Shown: piece by piece, positions 7,073 to 12,697 of the stretch
Layout: each line of letters starts with the position of its first letter
Numbering within the stretch: position 1 is the first letter of the stretch
NCBI GenBank assembly: GCA_049472355.1
Contig: JBLIRP010000103.1
Location: 1-12,697, forward strand
Length of the DNA: 12,697 nt
Source of the DNA: a bacterium
GTDB lineage: Bacteria > SZUA-182 > DTGQ01 > JAFGSM01
Direction: 5' to 3'
Notes under the pieces: generated by a model
The model's input: only the letters and a program-made list of their open reading frames with translations
The model's database searches: none
Told to the model about the DNA's origin: nothing
Program-made: the position numbers and the translations under genes

Positions 7073-7176
7073 GTCTTCAGCTACGCTCATAACAGGAGGA
7101 ATGACCCTTTTCGAGGAAAGGTTCATGCAGTCCGTTATGTCAGCCGGGCACACAGGTGAATAGGGTTCATGAGGTG

Positions 7177-9276
7177 TTACAAAGAGGCCTCAACCTCTTT
7201 TTGGGTGTAGCATTCGATGATGTCGCCCGGTTTTATATCATTGAAATTTTCGATCTTGATACCGCACTCATACCCATTCTGGACATCCTTGACATCATCC
7301 TTGAACCTTTTCAGGGAGTTGATCCTGCCTTCATAGACTACCACGTTATCCCGCAGCAGCCGGGCCATGCATCCCCGCGTGATGGTGCCCTCCTGCACAT
7401 ACGAACCGGCTATGGTCCCTATCTTGGTTACGGAGAAGGCCTGTCTCACCTCCGCCCTGCCCAGAACGATCTCCTGGTAGACAGGTTTAAGGATGCCCTT
7501 CATGATGGACTGGACGCTGTCGATGAGATCGTAGATGACGTTGAAGAGCTGTATTTCCACCTTTTCCCGTTCCGCCAGGGCCAGTGCCTTCGGCTCGGGC
7601 CTGATGCCGAATCCGATGATGACCGCATCCGATGAGGAGGCAAGGAGCACGTCCGTCTCGTTGATGGCGCCGACTCCTCCGTGGATCACCTTCAGATTGA
7701 CCTGCGGGGTGGCGAGATTCTCCAGGGCCTCGGTGATCGCCTGGACCGAGCCTTGTACGTCGGCCTTGAGGATGACGTTCAGTTGCTGTATTTCGCCCTC
7801 CTTGATTTTGTTGATAAAGCTTGCGAGATCCATGCGGCTCGTCCGGTTCAATTCCTGGGTTCTCTGTTTTTCCTGGCGCATTTCGCTGATCTGGCGAGCC
7901 TTGCGATCATCCTCCACCACCACGAAGGTGTCGCCGACCTTGGGCACACCGGCAAATCCCAGCACCTCCACGGGCATAGAGGGCGGGGATGCGCTCACAT
8001 GCTCCCCCTTGTCATTGATCATTGCCCGCACCTTGCCGGCCTGGAGCCCGCAGACAAAGGAGTCTCCGACCGAGAGGGTGCCGTTCTTCACGAGCACGGT
8101 CGCCACCGGTCCCCTCCCGCGGTCCAGCTTGGCCTCGATGATGGTTCCCACGGCGCTGCGGTCCGGGTTGGCTTTCAGCTCCAGCATTTCCGCCTCGAGC
8201 AGGAGCATCTCCAGGAGCCTGTCCAGCCCTGTCCGCTGTTTTGCCGAAGTCTCGCAGAAAATGGTCTGCCCGCCCCATTCCTCGGGTACGAGGTCGTATT
8301 TTGACAATTCGGTCTTCACCTTCTGGGGATCGACACCTATCTTGTCTATCTTGTTGATGGCCACCAGGATGGGGACGCCTGCCGCCCGGGCATGATTGAT
8401 CGCCTCCACGGTTTGCGGCATGACCCCGTCGTCCGCTGCCACCACCAGCACCACTACATCGGTCACCTGCGCGCCGCGTGCCCTCATTGCGGTAAACGCC
8501 TCGTGCCCGGGGGTATCCAAAAAGGTCACCTTGCCTTCCGGCAATTCAACCTCATAGGCCCCGATGTGCTGGGTGATGCCGCCGTACTCCCTGGACACCA
8601 GATTGCTCTTGCGGATCGCATCGAGCAGGAGCGTCTTCCCATGGTCGACGTGGCCCATAACGGTTACCACCGGGGGACGGGGCTTGAGCCTTGTTGCATC
8701 CTCATCTCCCTGATCGAGGATCTCCCTCCCCTCCATGGACACGACCTTCGGTTTTTTGTCGTATGCCTCCACAATGGACATGGCCGCGCTGGTATCAATG
8801 ACCTGGTTGATGGTGGCCATAATACCCATCTGCATCAGTCGTTTTATGATCTCATTCGCCGGTGTCTCGAGCCTGTCGGCGAGTTCGCCCACCGTCATCG
8901 CCTCCTGCAGTTCGATAACCTCGCCCGTATCTTCCTTCTCAATGACTGCTTCACGTGATCTTGCAGGCTGTTGCTCCTGCTCCTTCGTCGGCTCGGGCTG
9001 TACCTGCTTCTTGGCGGTCCGGGCAGACCTGCGGGGAACAGCCGTGGGTGCGGGTCCCGTACCCTCCACCTTCGCCTTCCGCACCGTCTTTTCTGCTACC
9101 GCCCCGCTTTTTTTGCGTTTTTCACGAATGATCTCCTTGATAAGGTTTGCCGTGTCCTCATCAATCGTGCTCATGTAGCTTTTTATTTCCAAGCCGAGGT
9201 CTCTGATCTGCTGGACCATGTCCTGGCTTGATAGTCCAAGTTCTTTAGCCAGACTATGGACTCGAATTTTGCTCAC
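7177..9276 (-). CDS. infB: Translation initiation factor IF-2
   Basis: 699 aa with a GTG start overlapping the nusA TGA. N-terminal [11 protein letters not shown]-domain [16 protein letters not shown] and NKID, C-terminal [17 protein letters not shown]. Confidence 0.98.
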   Translation of the reverse strand: MSKIRVHSLAKELGLSSQDMVQQIRDLGLEIKSYMSTIDEDTANLIKEIIREKRKKSGAVAEKTVRKAKVEGTGPAPTAVPRRSARTAKKQVQPEPTKEQEQQPARSREAVIEKEDTGEVIELQEAMTVGELADRLETPANEIIKRLMQMGIMATINQVIDTSAAMSIVEAYDKKPKVVSMEGREILDQGDEDATRLKPRPPVVTVMGHVDHGKTLLLDAIRKSNLVSREYGGITQHIGAYEVELPEGKVTFLDTPGHEAFTAMRARGAQVTDVVVLVVAADDGVMPQTVEAINHARAAGVPILVAINKIDKIGVDPQKVKTELSKYDLVPEEWGGQTIFCETSAKQRTGLDRLLEMLLLEAEMLELKANPDRSAVGTIIEAKLDRGRGPVATVLVKNGTLSVGDSFVCGLQAGKVRAMINDKGEHVSASPPSMPVEVLGFAGVPKVGDTFVVVEDDRKARQISEMRQEKQRTQELNRTSRMDLASFINKIKEGEIQQLNVILKADVQGSVQAITEALENLATPQVNLKVIHGGVGAINETDVLLASSSDAVIIGFGIRPEPKALALAEREKVEIQLFNVIYDLIDSVQSIMKGILKPVYQEIVLGRAEVRQAFSVTKIGTIAGSYVQEGTITRGCMARLLRDNVVVYEGRINSLKRFKDDVKDVQNGYECGIKIENFNDIKPGDIIECYTQKEVEASL

Positions 9277-10556
9277 TCTTGCTCACCTCCCTGGGAAGTC
9301 TGACTGAGATATTCCTTCGCATTTTCTATAAGTTGTTTCGCCGTGACCTTTCCTATCCCGGGGATGGACGTTAAGAGGTCAATATCTGCCTCGGCCAACT
9401 CCTTGACCGATCGTATCCCCTTATCCAGAATCTTGTTTACGACAGTAGGGCCTATACCGTTGAGGGAGGTCAAATCCATCTTGGCCTGCTCGAGCCTGAT
9501 TTTATCCATGCGTCGTTGCTCTTCGGATTCGCTCTCACTCTTGATGTCGATCTTCCAGCCCGTCAATTTTGAGGCCAGCCGGGCATTTTGCCCCTTTTTC
9601 CCGATGGCGAGGGAGAGGAATTTATCAGGAACCACCAGCTTGACCATCTCCTGGTCTCGAAAGAATTTCATTCGGGTGATCTCCACCGGACTCAATGCAT
9701 TCTGGATGAAGGTGGTGTGATCATCGGACCAACGGATGATATCGATTTTTTCCCCCTTGAGCTCTCTCACCACCGACTGCACCCGTGATCCCCTGATGCC
9801 CACACATGCCCCCACAGGATCGATATCCTTGTCCTTGGAGTATACCGCAATCTTGGTCCGCTCCCCAGCCTCCCTGACCACACCCTTTATCTCCACGATA
9901 CCCTCGTAGATCTCCGGGACTTCCAGCTCGAACAGCTTGGCGACGAATCCGGGGTGACTCCTGGAGAGGATGATGTGCGGCCCCTTGTTTGACTGCTTCA
10001 TCACGTCGACCACATAGGCCCTCACTCGTTCCCCGCGTTTGAAGGACTCCTGAGGGATCAATTCCTTTTCGGCAATGGTTACCTCGATCTTGCCCAGATC
10101 GAGGATGAGATTCCCCTTCTCCTTGCGCACCAGGATGCCGTTGATGAGTTCGCCTCGTTTCGCCCTGAAGTCGTTGTAAATGTTTTCCCGCTCCGCCTCC
10201 TTTACCTTTTGGAGAATCACATGCTTTGCCGTCTGCGCGGCAAGCCTGCCGAAATCACTCATCTCCATCTTGATCTCAACGTACGACTCGAGGGTAGCGT
10301 CGGGATCGTGGCAAAGGGCCTCATCGAGGTGGATCTCCTTCAGTGGATCAGTGACCATGTCGACCACCAGGAGTCGTCTGTACAGATTGATCTCGCCGAC
10401 CTCACGATCGAAATGGGCAACCAGCGATTCCTGCTGGCCGAATTTCTTTTTGGCTGCAGACAGCAGCGCCGATTCGATGGCCTCCACCAGTATCTCCAGA
10501 TCGATTTGCCGTTCCCGGCTGATCTGCTGTATGACTTGAATCAGTTCTCTGCTCAT
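9273..10556 (-). CDS. nusA: Transcription termination/antitermination factor NusA
   Basis: 427 aa. FGRLAAQTAK, S1 domain, KH motifs DPVGACVG.RGSRV and SLAIGKKGQNARLA, C-terminal helix-hairpin-helix repeats (LNGIG, IPGIG). RBS GAGGA. Confidence 0.98.
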   Translation of the reverse strand: MSRELIQVIQQISRERQIDLEILVEAIESALLSAAKKKFGQQESLVAHFDREVGEINLYRRLLVVDMVTDPLKEIHLDEALCHDPDATLESYVEIKMEMSDFGRLAAQTAKHVILQKVKEAERENIYNDFRAKRGELINGILVRKEKGNLILDLGKIEVTIAEKELIPQESFKRGERVRAYVVDVMKQSNKGPHIILSRSHPGFVAKLFELEVPEIYEGIVEIKGVVREAGERTKIAVYSKDKDIDPVGACVGIRGSRVQSVVRELKGEKIDIIRWSDDHTTFIQNALSPVEITRMKFFRDQEMVKLVVPDKFLSLAIGKKGQNARLASKLTGWKIDIKSESESEEQRRMDKIRLEQAKMDLTSLNGIGPTVVNKILDKGIRSVKELAEADIDLLTSIPGIGKVTAKQLIENAKEYLSQTSQGGEQE

Positions 10557-10608
10557 TGTCCTCGTAAGAACGCACTATGTGTGCGTTTTTTCAATAGCCG
10601 GCAGCAGT

Positions 10609-11085
10609 TCAAAAATCAACCACCAGCCGTGCCTTAATAATAGAGGGAAAGGGAATCTCCCGGCGTTCCCCGTTCATGTCCTCGATATGCAGGGTGTGTT
10701 CCTCTATCCCAAGGATCCTCCCCTCGACGGATTGGATTTTCTCTTGGGGGGCGCCGAACGTCAGCCTCACCCGTTGGCCGCAGTAACGGATGAAATCCTC
10801 CTCCCTTTTCAACGGACGGTCAAGCCCCGGCGAGGAAATCTCCAGCACGTAGGACCCGGGAATAAGGTCCACTGTATCCAGGGAATCGCTGATCCTCCGG
10901 CTTACCCGCTCACAATCATTGAGGTCCACCCCTTTTTCGTGATCCATGAAGATGCGAAGCAAAAAACGCCCCTTGGCCCGATTGAGCTGGACATCCACCA
11001 ACTCGAAACCCTCGTTACGGACATCCTCCCGGATCATTTTTTGAATGGTCCCCCAGCATTGATCATCCAATCCGGCGTGATCCAT
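10609..11085 (-). CDS. rimP: Ribosome maturation factor RimP
   Basis: Start corrected to ATG 11085, preceded by SD AGAGGTGATC. Motifs LRIFMD..GV.LNDCERVSR and YVLEISSPGLDRPL; lies upstream of nusA. Confidence 0.95.
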   Translation of the reverse strand: MDHAGLDDQCWGTIQKMIREDVRNEGFELVDVQLNRAKGRFLLRIFMDHEKGVDLNDCERVSRRISDSLDTVDLIPGSYVLEISSPGLDRPLKREEDFIRYCGQRVRLTFGAPQEKIQSVEGRILGIEEHTLHIEDMNGERREIPFPSIIKARLVVDF

Positions 11086-11160
11086 ACGATCACCTCTGCT
11101 GTTTTTTTCCGTGGCCCGGTCGATCGAATCCTTCCGCATGGCGATCGCTGCGAATCGATC

Positions 11161-11192
11161 CAAAAACAAAAAGTGGGGCGAGCCCACTTTTT
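11161..11192 (-). promoter_or_regulatory. rimP leader: terminator-like hairpin/attenuator
   Basis: Minus strand AAAAAGTGGG-CTCGC-CCCACTTTTT followed by GTTTTTG, a perfect 10-bp inverted repeat (11168-11177/11183-11192). It lies between the promoter and rimP and resembles the widely conserved GGG..CCC rimP-leader hairpin. Confidence 0.8.
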
Positions 11193-11221
11193 CTCACAAA
11201 ATCCAGTATTTCCACAAATCT

Positions 11222-11250
11222 ACGCTATCACATTTTCAACATTGATGCAA
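11222..11250 (-). promoter_or_regulatory. Sigma70 promoter of the rimP-nusA-infB operon
   Basis: TTGCAT (11250-11245), 17 nt, TAGCGT (11227-11222) with an extended -10 TG, just upstream of the leader hairpin. Confidence 0.55.
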
Positions 11251-11269
11251 GGGATTCAACCTCTGCCTG

Positions 11270-12496
11270 TCAAAAGGTGGCGTTCTTGGGCACCACCACG
11301 ATCCCGGAAGGGGTGACGGTGTAGAGTTTTTTATCCTTCTCAAGGTTGTACCCTATTTCGGTGTTCGGCGGCACCTCGACCCCCTTGTCGATGATCGCCC
11401 TTCTGATCTTCGAATACCGCCCTATTTCCACCCCCTCCATGAGCACCGATTGCGAGACGAAACTGTAGCTGTTGATGCGCACATCCGGCGAAAGCACCGA
11501 ATTCTGCACCCTCCCGCCGCTCAGGATGCAGCCGTTTGAGATGATCGAGTCCACGGCGACCCCGAACCGCTGCCGCTTCCCGTGGCTGATAAATTCGTCG
11601 GCGAATACGAATTTTGCCGGAGGGGACTGGGGGTGGTAGGTCCTGATGGGCCAATCCTGGTCGTAGAGATTGAACTGGGGGTCCACCGCCACCAGATCCA
11701 TGTTCGCCTCCCAATATGCCTCAACGGTGCCCACGTCCCGCCAGTATTGCGGTGATTTCCTGTTCTTGTCGATGAAATTGTACGCATGGACGATCTTCCG
11801 CCCCAGGGAGGCGGGGATGATATTCTTCCCGAAATCATGCTCCGTGTCCTGCCAGGCATCGTCCTCCAGCAGTTCCGCCAGGACCGAGGTGTTGAAGATG
11901 TAAACCCCCATCGAGGCGAAGCACGTTCCGGGTTGCCCCGGCAGTGTCTTCGGAACCGCCGGCTTTTCCTGAAATCCGATGATCCGCATATCCGTATCAA
12001 CCTCGATGATACCGAAGCTGGATGACTTCTCCTTTTCCACCGGGATGGTCGCCACCGTTATATCCGCCCCCTTCTGCTCGTGAAAATGGAGCATCTCGCT
12101 GTAATCCATCTTGTAGACGTGGTCACCGGACAGGATGATGGTGTGATTTGATTTCTCCGACTCAAAGGTATGCAGGTTCTGGTAGATGGCATTCGCAGTG
12201 CCCTGGTACCAGTTCTCGTCGATCCGCTTCTGGGGGGGGATGGAGATGATGAATTCCCCTACGTCGTGGCAGAAGATGTTCCAGGTAAGGCGCAGGTGCC
12301 GTTCCAGGGATTCATACTTGTACTGGGGAAGGATGAAGATACGGCGTATGTCCGAATTGAGGCAATTACTGAGGGTGAAATCGATGATGCGGTAGATACC
12401 CCCGAAGGGTACCGCGGGCTTTGCACGGTCCTTGGTCAAGGGGTACAGACGCTTTCCCTCTCCGCCTGCCAGGATAAATGCGAGAACCTGTTTCAT
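11270..12496 (-). CDS. glgC: Glucose-1-phosphate adenylyltransferase (ADP-glucose pyrophosphorylase)
   Basis: ILAGGEGKRLYPLT.DRAKPAVPFGG, WYQGTANA, LSGDH, FQEKP, SMGVYIF, DFGKNIIP, YWRDVGT and a C-terminal beta-helix. ATG 12496 follows SD GGAGGAGG. Confidence 0.97.
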   Translation of the reverse strand: MKQVLAFILAGGEGKRLYPLTKDRAKPAVPFGGIYRIIDFTLSNCLNSDIRRIFILPQYKYESLERHLRLTWNIFCHDVGEFIISIPPQKRIDENWYQGTANAIYQNLHTFESEKSNHTIILSGDHVYKMDYSEMLHFHEQKGADITVATIPVEKEKSSSFGIIEVDTDMRIIGFQEKPAVPKTLPGQPGTCFASMGVYIFNTSVLAELLEDDAWQDTEHDFGKNIIPASLGRKIVHAYNFIDKNRKSPQYWRDVGTVEAYWEANMDLVAVDPQFNLYDQDWPIRTYHPQSPPAKFVFADEFISHGKRQRFGVAVDSIISNGCILSGGRVQNSVLSPDVRINSYSFVSQSVLMEGVEIGRYSKIRRAIIDKGVEVPPNTEIGYNLEKDKKLYTVTPSGIVVVPKNATF

Positions 12497-12580
12497 CAAA
12501 CCTCCTCCGCGGTGAACAATGCATAAGGCGCCCGAAACAGGCGTTGCGCCGTCCCTCTGTGCCTATACTGTACCCGTACA

Positions 12581-12609
12581 ATGATACCAAAAAAATCATC
12601 ATTGCTCAA
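12581..12609 (-). promoter_or_regulatory. Candidate sigma70 promoter for glgC
   Basis: TTGAGC (12609-12604), 17 nt, TATCAT (12586-12581), with an extended -10 TG. Confidence 0.55.
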
Positions 12610-12697
12610 TATCATTCGGGCAAGGGTATCACGTGCGAGGTATTGACCGGTTAGAAAAAGTCCCCTTATGGAAGCGAGGATATGAAACAGCCCCCCC

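Noticed and set aside
8625..8660. IF-2 P-loop reads [12 protein letters not shown] rather than GKTS/TLLD
   Set aside because: The GxxxxGKT core is intact and the following position varies among IF-2 proteins, so this is no evidence of altered function.
7535..8958. Long plus-strand ORFs (286, 207 and 188 aa) opposite infB, and similar shadows opposite nusA, rimP, dnaJ and RACo
   Set aside because: These are antisense shadows expected from codon bias in GC-rich genes, with no motifs of their own.
12643..12697. Possible divergent promoter (TTGACC) and GAGGA-T-ATG gene start at the window edge
   Set aside because: The -10 is poor, the SD-ATG spacing is too short and only five codons are visible.

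Overview
Mostly housekeeping bacterial DNA of moderately high GC. The RACo-type corrinoid activator and the gene order suggest an anaerobe, perhaps Desulfobacterota/deltaproteobacteria-like; this is an inference. The minus strand carries glgC, then a translation/ribosome-maturation operon (rimP leader hairpin, rimP, nusA, infB, DUF503/ylxP, rbfA, DHH/NrnA) that lacks the usual ylxR and truB, then a zinc-finger-less DnaJ/CbpA-type gene and a small Cys-rich DUF6485-like gene. The plus strand carries a two-gene unit behind a near-consensus sigma70 promoter: an uncharacterised DUF6895-like lipoprotein and a [2Fe-2S]-ASKHA reductive activator of corrinoid proteins. The least ordinary parts are non-coding or unannotated: (1) an AT-rich 5' end with a 35-aa single-TM ORF behind a strong Shine-Dalgarno; (2) a 178-bp MITE/REP-like element with GGGGTCAGGTCTTGAA terminal inverted repeats and a duplicated end; (3) a repeat-bearing 127-bp segment bracketed by a 10-bp direct repeat that includes the DUF6485 start codon, with that gene's RBS inside a hairpin. 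I found no CRISPR array, tRNA/rRNA or transposase. Nothing here proves a new system; the best candidates are listed as testable hypotheses.
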